Under the pieces are notes generated by a model, which worked only from the letters and a program-made list of their open reading frames with translations, had not been told where the DNA came from and searched no databases. Position numbers and translations under genes: made by a program. This document shows positions 41,301-56,300 of a stretch of 64,000 bases of DNA, one piece after another (positions within the stretch are counted from its first letter, which is position 1; each line of letters opens with the position of its first letter). The stretch comes from Antedon mediterranea (Eukaryota; Animalia; Echinodermata): NCBI RefSeq assembly GCF_964355755.1, contig NC_092676.1:13254771-13318770 (forward strand), in the 5' to 3' direction.

Positions 41301-44300
41301 AGAATAGCTTCAAATTGCATTTGGAGACGTTTTAGAGCATTTTGTGCATTTCGATAAAATGTGTTAACATAAAAAGACCAAAGTGTTTAGAATATCTTCA
41401 AATCACATTTGGAGACGTACTTTAGACCATTTTTTGCATTTCGATGAAACTTGGTTACACAAAAACATCAAAGTGCTTAAAATCACATTTAAAACCGTTT
41501 TAGAGCATTTTGAACATTTCGATAAAACTTTTCACACAAAAACATCAAAGTGTACAAAATAGCTTCAAATCGCATTTAGAGTGGTTTTAGACCATTTTGT
41601 GCATTTCGATAAAACTTTTCACACAAAAACATCAAAGTGTACAAAATAACTTCAAATCGTATTTAGAGACGTTTTAGACCATTTTGTGCATTTTGATAAA
41701 ACTTTTCACACAAAAACATCAAATTGCACAAAATAGCTTAATATCGTGTTTGAAAACGTTTTAAACCATTTTGAGCATGTCGATAAAACTTTTCACACAA
41801 AAATATCAAAGTGCACAGAATATCTTCAAATCGCATTTAGAGACGTTTTAGATCATTTTGTGCATTTCGAAAAAATTTGTTAACATAAAAAGACCAAAGT
41901 GTTTAGAATATCTCCAAATCGCATTTGGAGACGTTTTAGACCATTTTGTGCTTTTCGATGACACTTGGTTACACAAAAACATCAAAGTGCTTAAAATCAC
42001 ATTTAAAACCATTTTAGAGCGTTTTGAGCATTTCGATAAACTTTTCAAACAAAAACATCAAAGTGTACAAAATAGCTTCAAATCGTATTTGGAGACGTTT
42101 TAGACCATTTTGTGCGTTTCGATGAATCTTGGTTACACAAAAACATCAAAGTGCTTAAAATAACATTTAAAACCGTTTTAGTGCATTTTGAGCATTTCGA
42201 TAAAACTTTTCACACAAAAACATCAAATTGCACAAAATAGCTTAATATCGTGTTTGAAAACGTTTTAGACCATTTTGAGCATGTCGATAAAACTTTTCAC
42301 ACAAAAACATAAAAGTGAACAGAATATCTTCAAATCGCATTTAGAGATGTTTTAGACCATTTTGTGCGTTTCGATAAAACTTTTCACACAAAAACATCAA
42401 ATTGCACAAAATAGCTTAATATCGTGTTTGAAAACGTTTTAGACCATTTTGAGCATGTCGATAAAACTTTTCACACAAAAACATAAAAGTGCACAGAATA
42501 GCTTCAAATCGCATTTGGAGACGTTTTAGACCATTTTGTGCATTTCGAAAAAACTTTTTAACATAAAAAGACCAAAGTGTTTAGAATATCTCCAAATCGC
42601 ATTTGGAGACGTTTTAGACCATTTTGTGCATTTCAATGAAACTTGGTTACACAAAAACATCAAAGTGCTTAAAATCACATTTGAAACCGTTTTAGAGCAT
42701 TTTTAGCATTTCGATAATACTTTTCACACAAAAACATCAAAGTGTACAAAATAGCTTCAAATCGCATTTGGAGACGTTTTAGACCATTTTGTGCATTTCG
42801 ATGAAACTTGGTTACACAAAAACATCAAAGTGCTTAAAATCACATTTGAAACCGTTTTAGACCATTTTGAGCATTTCGATAAAACTTTTCACACAAAAAA
42901 ATCAAAGTGCACAAAATAGCTTCAAATCGCATTTGGAGATGTTTTAGACCATTTTGTGCATTTCGATGAAACTTGGTTACACAAAAACATCAAAGTGCTT
43001 AAAATCACATTTGAAACCGTTTTAGAGCATTTTTAGCATTTCGATAATACTTTTCACACAAAAACATCAAAGTGTACAAAATAGCTTCAAATCGCATTTG
43101 GAGACGTTTTAGACCATTTTGTGCTTTTCGATGAAACTTGGTTACACAAAAACATCAAAGTGCTTAAAATCACATTTGAAACCGTTTTAGACCATTTTGA
43201 GCATTTCGATAAAACTTTTCACACAAAAAAATCAAAGTGCACAAAATAGCTTCAAATCGCATTTGGAGACGTTTTAGACTATTTTGTGCATTTCGAAAAA
43301 ATCTGTTAACATAAAAAGACCAAAGTGTTTAGAATATCTCCAAATCGCATTTGGAGACGTTTTAAACCATTTTGTGCATTTCGATGGAACTTGGTTACAC
43401 AAAAACATCAAAGTGCTTAAAATCACATTTAAAACCGTTTTAGAGCATTTTGAGCATTTCGATAAAACTTTTCACACAAAAACATCAAAGTGTACAAAAT
43501 AGCTTCAAATCGCATTTAGAGAGGTTTTAGACCATTTTGTGCATTTCGATAAAACTTTTCACACAAAAACATCAAAGTGTACAAAATAGCTTCAAATCGC
43601 ATTTGGAGACGTTTTAGACCATTTTGTGCATTTCGATGAAACTTGGTTCACATCAAAGTGCTTAAAATTACATTTGAAAGCGTTTTAGAGCATTTTGAGC
43701 ATTTCGATAATACTTTTCATACAAAAACATCAAAGTGTACAAAATAGCTTCAAATCGCATTTGGAGACGTTTTAGACCATTTTGTGCATTTCGATGAAAC
43801 TTGGTTACACAAAAACATCAAAGTGCTTAAAATCACATTTGAAACCGTTTTAGACCATTTTGAGCATTTCGATAATACTTTTCATACAAAAACATCAAAG
43901 TGTACAAAATAGCTTCAAATCGCATTTAGAGACGTTTTAGACCATTTTGGGCATTTCGATGAAACTTGGTTACACAAATACATAAAAGTTCTTAAAATCA
44001 CATTTCAAACCGTTTTAGAGCATTTTGAGCATTTCGATAAAACTTTTCACACAAAAACATCAAAGTGCACAAAATAGCTTCAAATCACATTTAGAGATGT
44101 TTTAGACCATTTTGTGCAATTCGATAAAACTTTTCACACAAAAACATCAAATTGCACAAAATAGCTTAATATCGGGTTTGAAAACGTTTTAGACCATTTT
44201 GAGCATGTCGATAAAACTTTTCAAACAAAAACATAAAAGTGAACAGAATAGCTTCAAATTTCATTTGGAGACGTTTTAGAGCATTTTGTGCATTTCGATA

Positions 44301-47300
44301 AAATGTGTTAACATAAAAAGACCAAAGTGTTTAGAATATCTTCAAATCACATTTGGAGACGTACTTTAGACCATTTTTTGCATTTCGATGAAACTTGGTT
44401 ACACAAAAACATCAAAGTGCTTAAAATCACATTTAAAACCGTTTTAGAGCATTTTGAGCATTTCGATAAAACTTTTCACACAAAAACATCAAAGTGTACA
44501 AAATAGCTTCAAATCGCATTTAGAGAGGTTTTAGACCATTTTGTGCATTTCGATAAAACTTTTCACACAAAAACATCAAAGTGTACAAAATAGCTTCAAA
44601 TCGCATTTAGAGACGTTTTAGACCATTTTGTGCATTTTGATAAAACTTTTCACACAAAAACATCAAATTGAACAAAATAGCTTAATATCGTGTTTGAAAA
44701 CGTTTTAAACCATTTTGAGCATGTCGATAAAACTTTTCACACAAAAATATCAAAATGCCCAGAATATCTTCAAATCGCATTTAGAGACGTTTTAGACCAT
44801 TTTGTGCATTTCGAAAAAATTTGTTAACATAAAAAGACCAAAGTGTTTAGATTATCTCCAAATCGCATTTGGAGACGTTTTAGACCATTTTGTGTTTTTC
44901 GAAAAAACTTTTCACACAAAAACATCAAAGTGTACAAAATTGCTTCAAATCGCATTTTGAGAGGTTTTAGACCATTTTGTGCATTTCGATAAAACTTTTC
45001 ACACAAAAACATCAAAGTGCACAGAATATCTTAATACCGTGTCTGAAATCGTTTTAAACCATTTTGAGCATGTCGATAAAACTTTTCACACAAAAACATC
45101 AAAGTGCACAGAATATCTTCAAATCGCATTTAGAGACGTTTTAGACCATTTTGTGCATTTCGAAAAAATTTGTTAACATAAAAAGACCAAAGTGTTTAGA
45201 ATATCTCCAAATCGCATTTGGAGACGTTTTAGACCATTTTGTGCATTTCGATGAAACTTGGTTACACAAAAACATCAAAGTGCTTAAAATCACATTTGAA
45301 ACCGTTTTAGAGCATTTTGAGCATTTCGATAAAACTTTTCACACAAAAACATCAAAGTGTACAAAATAGCTTCAAATCACATTTGAAACCGTTTTAGACC
45401 ATTTTGAGCATTTCGATAAAACTTTTCACACAAAAACATCAAAGTGTACAAAATAGCTTCAAATCGCATTTGGAGACGTTTTAGACCAATTTGTGCATTT
45501 CGATGAAACTTGGTTACACAAAAACATCAAAGTGTACAAAATAGCTTCAAATCACATTTGAAACCGTTTTAGACCATTTTGAGCATTTCGATAAAACTTT
45601 TCACACAAAAACATCAAAGTGTACAAAATAGCTTCAAATCGCATTTGGAGACGTTTTAGACCAATTTGTGCATTTCGATGAAACTTGGTTACACAAAAAC
45701 ATCAAAGTGCTTAAAATCACATTTGAAACCGTTTTAGAGCATTTTTAGCATTTCGATAATACTTTTCACACAAAAACATCAAAGTGTACAAAATAGCTTC
45801 AAATCGCATTTGGAGACGTTTTAGACCATTTTGTGCATTTCGATGAAACTTGGTTACACAAAAACATCAAAGTGCTTAAAATCACATTTGAAACCGTTTT
45901 AGACCATTTTGAGCATTTCGATAAAACTTTTCACACAAAAAAATCAAAGTGCACAAAATAGCTTCAAATCGCATTTGGAGACGTTTTAGACTATTTTGTG
46001 CATTTCGAAAAAATCTGTTAACATAAAAAACCAAAGTGTTTAGAATATCTCCAAATCGCATTTGGAGACGTTTTAAACCATTTTGTGCATTTCGATGGAA
46101 CTTGGTTACACAAAAACATCAAAGTGCTTAAAATCACATTTAAAACCGTTTTAGAGCATTTTGAGCATTTCGATAAAACTTTTCACACAAAAACATCAAA
46201 GTGTACAAAATAGCTTCAAATCGCATTTAGAGAGGTTTTAGACCATTTTGTGCATTTCGATAAAACTTTTCACACAAAAACATCAAAGTGTACAAAATAG
46301 CTTCAAATCGCATTTGGATACGTTTTAGACCATTTTGTGCATTTCGATGAAACTTGGTTCACATCAAAGTGCTTAAAATTACATTTGAAAGCGTTTTAGA
46401 GCATTTTGAGCATTTCGATAATACTTTTCACACAAAAACATCAAAGTGTACAAAATAGCTTCAAATCGCATTTGGAGACGTTTTAGACCATTTTGTGCAT
46501 TTCGATGAAACTTGGTTACACAAAAACATCAAAGTGCTTAAAATCACATTTGAAACCGTTTCAGACCATTTTGAGCGTTTCGATAAAACTTTTCACACAA
46601 AAACATCAAAGTGCACAAAATAGCTTCAAATCGCATTTGGAGACGTTTTAGACTATTTTGTGCATTTCGAAAAAATTTGTTAACATAAAAAGACCAAAGT
46701 GTTTAGAATATCTCCAAATCGCATTTGGAGACGTTTTAAACCATTTTGTGCATTTTGATGGAACTTGGTTACACAAAAACATCAAAGTGCTTAAAATCAC
46801 ATTTAAAACCGTTTTAGAGCATTTTGAGCATTTCGATAAAACTTTTCACACAAAAACATCAAAGTGTATAAAATAGCTTCAAATCGCATTTAGAGAGGTT
46901 TTAGACCATTTTGTGCATTTCGATAAAACTTTTCACACAAAAACATCAAAGTGTACAAAATAGCTTCAAATCGCATTTGGAGACGTTTTAGACCATTTTG
47001 TGCATTTCGATGAAACTTGGTTCACATCAAAGTGCTTAAAATTACATTTGAAAGCGTTTTAGAGCATTTTGAGCATTTCGATAATACTTTTCACACAAAA
47101 ACATCAAAGTGTACAAAATAGCTTCAAATCGCATTTGGAGACGTTTTAGACCATTTTGTGCATTTCGATGAAACTTGGTTACACAAAAACATCAAAGTGC
47201 TTAAAATCACATTTGAAACCGTTTTAGACCATTTTGAGCGTTTTGATAAAACTTTTCACACAAAAACATCAAAGTGCACAAAATAGCTTCAAATCGCATT

Positions 47301-50300
47301 TGGAGACGTTTTAGACTATTTTGTGCATTTCGAAAAAATTTGTTAACATAAAAAGACCAAAGTGTTTAGAATATCTCCAAATCGCATTTGGAGACGTTTT
47401 AAACCATTTTGTGCATTTCGATGGAACTTGGTTACACAAAAACATCAAAGTGCTTAAAATCACATTTAAAACCGTTTTAGAGCATTTTGAGCATTTCGAT
47501 AAAACTTTTCACACAAAAACATCAAAGTGTACAAAATAGCTTCAAATCGCATTTAGAGAGGTTTTAGACCATTTTGTGCATTTCGATAAAACTTTTCACA
47601 CAAAAACATCAAAGTGTACAAAATAGCTTCAAATCGCATTTAGAGACGTTTTAGACCATTTTGTGCATTTTGATAAAACTTTTCACACAAAAACATCAAA
47701 TTGCACAAAATAGCTTAATATCGTGTTTGAAAACGTTTTAAACCATTTTGAGCATGTCGATAAAACTTTTCACACAAAAATATCAAAATGCCCAGAATAT
47801 CTTCAAATCGCATTTAGAGACGTTTTAGACCATTTTGTGCATTTCGAAAAAATTTGTTAACATAAAAAGACCAAAGTGTTTAGATTATCTCCAAATCGAA
47901 TTTGGAGACGTTTTAGACCATTTTGTGTTTTTCGAAAAAACTTTTCAAACAAAAACATCAAAGTGTACAAAATTGCTTCAAATCGCATTTAGAGAGGTTT
48001 TAGACCATTTTGTGCATTTCGATAAAACTTTTCACACAAAAACATCAAAGTGCACAGAATATCTTAATACCGTGTCTGAAATCGTTTTAAACCATTTTGA
48101 GCATGTCGATAAAACTTTTCACACAAAAACATCAAAGTGCACAGAATATCTTCAAATCGCATTTAGAGACGTTTTAGACCATTTTGTGCATTTCGAAAAA
48201 ATTTGTTAACATAAAAAGACCAAAGTGTTTAGAATATCTCCAAATCGCATTTGGAGACGTTTTAGACCATTTTGGGCATTTCGATGAAACTTGGTTACAC
48301 AAATACATAAAAGTGCTTAAAATCACATTTAAAACCGTTTTAGAGCATTTTGAGCATTTCGATAAAACTTTTCACACAAAAACATCAAAGTGTACAAAAT
48401 AGCTTCAAATCGCATTTAGAGAGGTTTTAGACCATTTTGTGCATTTCGATAAAACTTTTCACACAAAAACATCAAAGTGTACAAAATAACTTCAAATCGT
48501 ATTTAGAGACGTTTTAGACCATTTTGTGCATTTTGCTAAAACTTTTCACACAAAAACATCAAATTGCACAAAATAGCTTAATATCGTGTTTGAAAACGTT
48601 TTAAACCATTTTGAGCATGTCGATAAAACTTTTCACACAAAAACATCAAATTGCACAAAATAGCTTAATATCGTGTTTGAAAACGTTTTAAACCATTTTG
48701 AGCATGTCGATAAAACTTTTCACACAAAAATATCAAAGTGCACAGAATATCTTCAAATCGCATTTAGAGACGTTTTAGACCATTTTGTGCATTTCGAAAA
48801 AATTTGTTAACATAAAAAAACCAAAGTGTTTAGGATATCTCCAAATCGCATTTGGAGACGTTTTAGACCATTTTGTGCATTTCAATGAAACTTGGTTACA
48901 CAAAAACATCAAAGTGCTTAAAATCACATTTGAAACCGTTTTAGAGCATTTTTAGCATTTCGATAATACTTTTCACACAAAAACATCAAAGTGTACAAAA
49001 TAGCTTCAAATCGCATTTGGAGACGTTTTAGACCATTTTGTGCATTTCGATGAAACTTGGTTACACAAAAACATCAAAGTGCTTAAAATCACATTTGAAA
49101 CCGTTTTAGACCATTTTGAGCATTTCGATAAAACTTTTCACACAAAAAAATCAAAGTGCACAAAATAGCTTCAAATCGCATTTGGAGACGTTTTAGACCA
49201 TTTTGTGCATTTCGATGAAACTTGGTTACACAAAAACATCAAAGTGCTTAATATCACATTTGAAACCGTTTTAGAGCATTTTTAGCATTTCGATAATACT
49301 TTTCACACAAAAACATCAAAGTGTACAAAATAGCTTCAAATCGCATTTGGAGACGTTTTAGACCATTTTGTGCATTTTGATGAAACTTGGTTACACAAAA
49401 ACATCAAAGTGCTTAAAATCACATTTGAAACCGTTTTAGACCATTTTGAGCATTTCGATAAAACTTTTCACACAAAAAAATCAAAGTGCACAAAATAGCT
49501 TCAAATCGCATTTGGAGACGTTTTAGACTATTTTGTGCATTTCGAAAAAATCTGTTAACATAAAAAGACCAAAGTGTTTAGAATATCTCCAAATCGCATT
49601 TGGAGACGTTTTAAACCATTTTGTGCATTTCGATGGAACTTGGTTACACAAAAACATCAAAGTGCTTAAAATCACATTTAAAACCGTTTTAGAGCATTTT
49701 GAGCATTTCGATAAAACTTTTCACACAAAAACATCAAAGTGTACAAAATAGCTTCAAATCGCATTTAGAGAGGTTTTAGACCATTTTGTGCATTTCGATA
49801 AAACTTTTCACACAAAAACATCAAAGTGTACAAAATAGCTTCAAATCGCATTTGGAGACGTTTTAGACCATTTTGTGCATTTCGATGAAACTTGGTTCAC
49901 ATCAAAGTGCTTAAAATTACATTTGAAAGCGTTTTAGAGCATTTTGAGCATTTCGATAATACTTTTCACACAAAAACATCAAAGTGTACAAAATAGCTTC
50001 AAATCGCATTTGGAGACGTTTTAGACCATTTTGTGCATTTCGATGAAACTTGGTTACACAAAAACATCAAAGTGCTTAAAATCACATTTGAAACCGTTTT
50101 AGACCATTTTGAGCGTTTCGATAAAACTTTTCACACAAAAACATCAAAGTGCACAAAATAGCTTCAAATCGCATTTGGAGACGTTTTAGACTATTTTGTG
50201 CATTTCGAAAAAATTTGTTAACATAAAAAGACCAAAGTGTTTAGAATATCTCCAAATCGCATTTGGAGACGTTTTAAACCATTTTGTGCATTTCGATGGA

Positions 50301-53300
50301 ACTTGGTTACACAAAAACATCAAAGTGCTTAAAATCACATTTAAAACCGTTTTAGAGCATTTTGAGCATTTCGATAAAACTTTTCACACAAAAACATCAA
50401 AGTGTACAAAATAGCTTCAAATCGCATTTAGAGAGGTTTTAGACCATTTTGTGCATTTCGATAAAACTTTTCACACAAAAACATCAAAGTGTACAAAATA
50501 GCTTCAAATCGCATTTAGAGACGTTTTAGACCATTTTGTGCATTTTCATAAAACTTTTCACACAAAAACATCAAATTGCACAAAATAGCTTAATACCGTG
50601 TTTGAAATCGTTTTAAACCATTTTGAGCATGTCGATAAAACTTTTCACACAAAAACATCAAAGTGTACAAAATAGCTTCAAATCACATTTGAAACCGTTT
50701 TAGACCATTTTGAGCATTTCGATAAAACTTTTCACACAAAAACATCAAAGTGTACAAAATAGCTTCAAATCGCATTTGGAGACGTTTTAGACCATTTTGT
50801 GCATTTCGATGAAACTTGGTTACACAAAAACATCAAAGTGCTTAAAATTACATTTGAAAGCGTTTTAGAGCATTTTGAGCATTTCGATAATACTTTTCAC
50901 ACAAAAACATCAAAGTGTACAAAATAGCTTCAAATCGCATTTGGAGACGTTTTAGACCATTTTGTGCATTTCGATGAAACTTGGTTACACAAAAACATCA
51001 AAGTGCTTAAAATTACATTTGAAACCGTTTTAGACCATTTTGAGCGTTTCGATAAAACTTTCCACACAAATAAATCAGAGTGCACAAAATAGCTTCAAAT
51101 CGTATTTGGAGACGTTTTAGACTATTTTGTGCATTTCGAAAAAATTTGTTAACATAAAAAGACCAAAGTGTTTAGAATATCTCCAAATCGCATTTGGAGA
51201 CGTTTTAAACCATTTTGTGCATTTCTATGGAACTTGGTTACACAAAAACATCAAAGTGCTTAAAATCACATTTAAAACCGTTTTAGAGCATTTTGAGCAT
51301 TTCGATAAAACTTTTCACACAAAAACATCAAAGTGTACAAAATAGCTTCAAATCGCATTTAGAGAGGTTTTAGACCATTTTGTGCATTTCGATAAAACTT
51401 TTCACACAAAAACATCAAAGTGTACAAAATAGCTTCAAATCGCATTTAGAGACGTTTTAGACCATTTTGTGCATTTCGATAAAACTTTTCACACAAAAAC
51501 ATCAAATTGCACAAAATAGCTTAATACCGTGTTTGAAATCGTTTTAAACCATTTTGAGCATGTCGATAAAACTTTTCACAAAAAAACATCAAAGTGCACA
51601 GAATAGCTTCAAATCGCATTTGGAGACGTTTTAAACCATTTTGTGCATTTCGATAAAACTTTTCACATAAAAACAACAAAGTGTACAAAATAGCTTCAAA
51701 TCGCATTTAGAGACGTTTTAGACCATTTTGGGCATTTCGATGAAACTTGGTTACACAAATACATAAAAGTGCTTAAAATCACATTTCAAACCGTTTTAGA
51801 GCATTTTGAGCATTTCGATAAAACTTTTCACACAAAAACATCAAAGTGCACAAAATAGCTTCAAATCGCATTTAGAGATGTTTTAGACCATTTTGTGCAA
51901 TTCGATAAAACTTTTCACACAAAAACATCAAATTGCACAAAATAGCTTAATATCGTGTTTGAAAACGTTTTAGACCATTTTGAGCATGTCGATAAAACTT
52001 TTCACATAAAAACATAAAAGTGAACAGAATAGCCTCAAATTGCATTTGGAGACGTTTTAGAGCATTTTGTGCATTTCGATAAAATGTGTTAACATAAAAA
52101 GACCAAAGTGTTTAGAATATCTTCAAATCATATTTGGAGACGTACTTTAGACCATTTTTTGCATTGCGATGAAACTTGGTTACACAAAAACATCAAAGTG
52201 CTTAAAATCACATTTAAAACCGTTTTAGAGCATTTTGAGCATTTCGATAAACCTTTTCACAAAAAAACATCAAAGTGTACAAAATAACTTCAAATCGCAT
52301 TTAGAGAGGTTTTAGACCATTTTGTGCATTTCGATAAAACTTTTCACACAAAAACATCAAAGTGTACAAAATAACTTCAAATCGTATTTAGAGAGGTTTT
52401 AGACCATTTTGTGCATTTTGATAAAACTTTTCACACAAAAACATCAAATTGCACAAAATAGCTTAATATCGTGTTTGAAAACGTTTTAAACCATTTTGAG
52501 CATGTCGATAAAACTTTTCACACAAAAATATCAAAGTGCACAGAATATCTTCAAATCGCATTTAGAGACGTTTTAGACCTTTTTGTGCATTTCGAAAAAA
52601 TTTGTTAACATAAAAAGACCAAAGTGTTTAGAATATCTCCAAATCACATTTGGAGACGTTTTAGACCATTTTGTGTTTTTCGAAAAAACTTTTCACACAA
52701 AAACATCAAAGTGCACAGAATAGCTTCAAATTGCATTTGGAGACGTTTTAGACCATTTTGTGCGTTTCGATGAATCTTGGTTACACAAAAACATCAAAGT
52801 GCTTAAAATCACATTTAAAACCGTTTTAGTGCATTTTGAGCATTTCGATAAAACTTTTCACACAAAAACATCAAATTGCACAAAATAGCTTAATATCGTG
52901 TTTGAAAACGTTTTAGACCATTTTGAGCATGTCGATAAAACTTTTCACACAAAAACATAAAAGTGAACAGAATAGCTTCAAATTGCATTTGGAGACGTTT
53001 TAGAGCATTTTGTGCATTTAGATAAAATGTGTTAACATAAAAAGACCAAAGTGTTTAGAATATCTTCAAATCACATTTGGAGACGTTTTAGACCATTTTT
53101 TGCATTTCGATGAAACTTGGTTACACAAAAACATCAAAGTGCTTAAAATCACATTTAAAACCGTTTTAGAGCATTTTGAGCATTTCGATAAAACTTTTCA
53201 CACAAAAACATCAAAGTGTACAAAATAGCTTCAAATCGCATTTAGAGAGGTTTTAGACCATTTTGTGCATTTCGATAAAACTTTTCACACAAAAACATCA

Positions 53301-56300
53301 AAGTGTACAAAATAACTTCAAATCGTATTTAGAGACGTTTTAGACCATTTTGTGCATTTTGATAAAACTTTTCACACAAAAACATCAAATTGCACAAAAT
53401 AGCTTAATATCGTGTTTGAAAACGTTTTAAACCATTTTGAGCATGTCGATAAAACTTTTCACACAAAAATATCAAAGTGCACAGAATATCTTCAAATCGC
53501 ATTTAGAGACGTTTTAGACCATTTTGTGCATTTCGAAAAAATTTGTTAACATAAAAAGACCAAAGTGTTTAGAATATCTCCAAATCGCATTTGGAGACGT
53601 TTTAGACCATTTTGTGTTTTTCGAAAAAACTTTTCACACAAAAACATCAAAGTGCACAGAATAGCTTCAAATTGCATTTGGAGACGTTTTAGACCATTTT
53701 GTGCGTTTCGATGAATCTTGGTTACACAAAAACATCAAAGTGCTTAAAATCACATTTAAAACCGTTTTAGTGCATTTTGAGCATTTCGATAAAACTTTTC
53801 ACACAAAAACATCAAATTGCACAAAATAGCTTAATATCGTGTTTGAAAACGTTTTAGACCATTTTGAGCATGTCGATAAAACTTTTCACACAAAAACATA
53901 AAAGTGAACAGAATAGCTTCAAATTGCATTTGGAGACGTTTTAGAGCATTTTGTGCATTTCGATAAAATGTGTTAACATAAAAAGACCAAAGTGTTTAGA
54001 ATATCTTCAAATCACATTTGGAGACGTTTTAGACCATTTTTTGCATTTCGATGAAACTTGGTTACACAAAAACATCAAAGTGCTTAAAATCACATTTAAA
54101 ACCGTTTTAGAGCATTTTGAGCATTTCGATAAAACTTTTCACACAAAAACATCAAAGTGTACAAAATAGCTTCAAATCGCATTTAGAGAGGTTTTAGACC
54201 ATTTTGTGCATTTCGATAAAACTTTTCACACAAAAACATCAAAGTGTACAAAATAACTTCAAATCGTATTTAGAGACGTTTTAGACCATTTTGTGCATTT
54301 TGATAAAACTTTTCACACAAAAACATCAAATTGCACAAAATAGCTTAATATCGTGTTTGAAAACGTTTTAAACCATTTTGAGCATGTCGATAAAACTTTT
54401 CACACAAAAATATCAAAGTGCACAGAATATCTTCAAATCGCATTTAGAGACGTTTTAGACCATTTTGTGCATTTCGAAAAAATTTGTTAACATAAAAAGA
54501 CCAAAGTGTTTAGAATATCTCCAAATCGCATTTGGAGACGTTTTAGACCATTTTGTGTTTTTCGAAAAAACTTTTCACACAAAAACATCAAAGTGTACAA
54601 AATTGCTTCAAATCGCATTTGGAGACGTTTTAGACCATTTTGTGATTTTCGAAAAACTTTTCACACAAAAACATCAAAGTGTAGAAAATTGCTTCAAATC
54701 GCAAAAAAAATGTTTTGAGAGATGTTTTAGAACAATTTTGTGAATTAAGAAAAAATTTGTTAACATAAAAAGACCAAAGTGTTTAGAATATCTCCAAATC
54801 GCATTTGGAGACGTTTTAGACCATTTTGTGCATTTCGATGACACTTGGTTACACAAAAACATCAAAGTGCTTAAAATCACATTTAAAACCGTTTTAGAGC
54901 GTTTTGAGCATTTCGATAAACTTTTCAAACAAAAACATCAAAGTGTACAAAATAGCTTCAAATCGTATTTGGAGACGTTTTAGACCATTTTGTGCGTTTC
55001 GATGAATCTTGGTTACACAAAAACATCAAAGTGCTTAAAATCACATTTAAAACCGTTTTAGTGCATTTTGAGCATTTCGATAAAACTTTTCACACAAAAA
55101 CATCAAATTGCTCAAAATAGCTTAATATCGTGTTTGAAAACGTTTTAGACCATTTTGAGCATGTCGATAAAACTTTTCACACAAAAACATAAAAGTGAAC
55201 AGAATATCTTCAAATCGCATTTAGAGATGTTTTAGACCATTTTGTGCGTTTCGATAAAACTTTTCACACAAAAACATCAAATTGCACAAAATAGCTTAAT
55301 ATCGTGTTTGAAAACGTTTTAGACCATTTTGAGCATGTCGATAAAACTTTTCACACAAAAACATCAAAGTGCACAGAATATCTTCAAATCGCATTTAGAG
55401 ACGTTTTAGACCATTTTGTGCATTTCGGAAAAAATTTGTTAACATAAAAAGACCAAAGTGTTTAGAATATCTCCAAATCGCATTTGGAGACGTTTTAGAC
55501 CATTTTGTGAATTTCGATGAAACTTGGTTACACAAAAACATCAAAGTGCTTAAAATCACATTTGAAACCATTTTAGAGCATTTTGAGCATTTCGATAAAA
55601 CTTTTCACACAAAAACATCAAAGTGTACAAAATAGCTTCAAATCACATTTGAAACCGTTTTAGACCATTTTGAGCATTTCGATAAAACTTTTCACACAAA
55701 AACATCAAAGTGTACAGAATAGCTTCAAATCGCATTTGGAGACGTTTTAGACCATTTTGTGCATTTCGATGAAACTTGGTTACACAAAAACATCAAAGTG
55801 CTTAAAATCACATTTGAAACCGTTTTAGACCATTTTGAGCATTTCGATAAAAATTTTCACACAAAAAAATCAAAGTGCACAAAATAGCTTCAAATGGCAT
55901 TTGGAGACGTTTTAGACCATTTTGTGCATTTCGATGAAACTTGGTTACACAAAAACATCAAAGTGCTTAAAATCACATTTGAAACCGTTTTAGAGCATTT
56001 TGAGCATTTCGATAAAACTTTTCACACAAAAAAATCAAAGTGTACAAAATAGCTTCAAATCGCATTTAGAGACGTTTTAGACCATTTTGTGCATTTAGAT
56101 AAAACTTTTCACACAAAAACATCAAATTGCACAAAATAGCTTAATATCGTGTTTGAAAACGTTTTAAACCATTTTGAGCATGTCGATAAAACTTTTCACA
56201 CAAAAATATCAAAGTGCACAGAATATCTTCAAATCGCATTTAGAGACGTTTTAGACCATTTTGTGCATTTCGATGAAACTTGGTTACACAAAAACATCAA

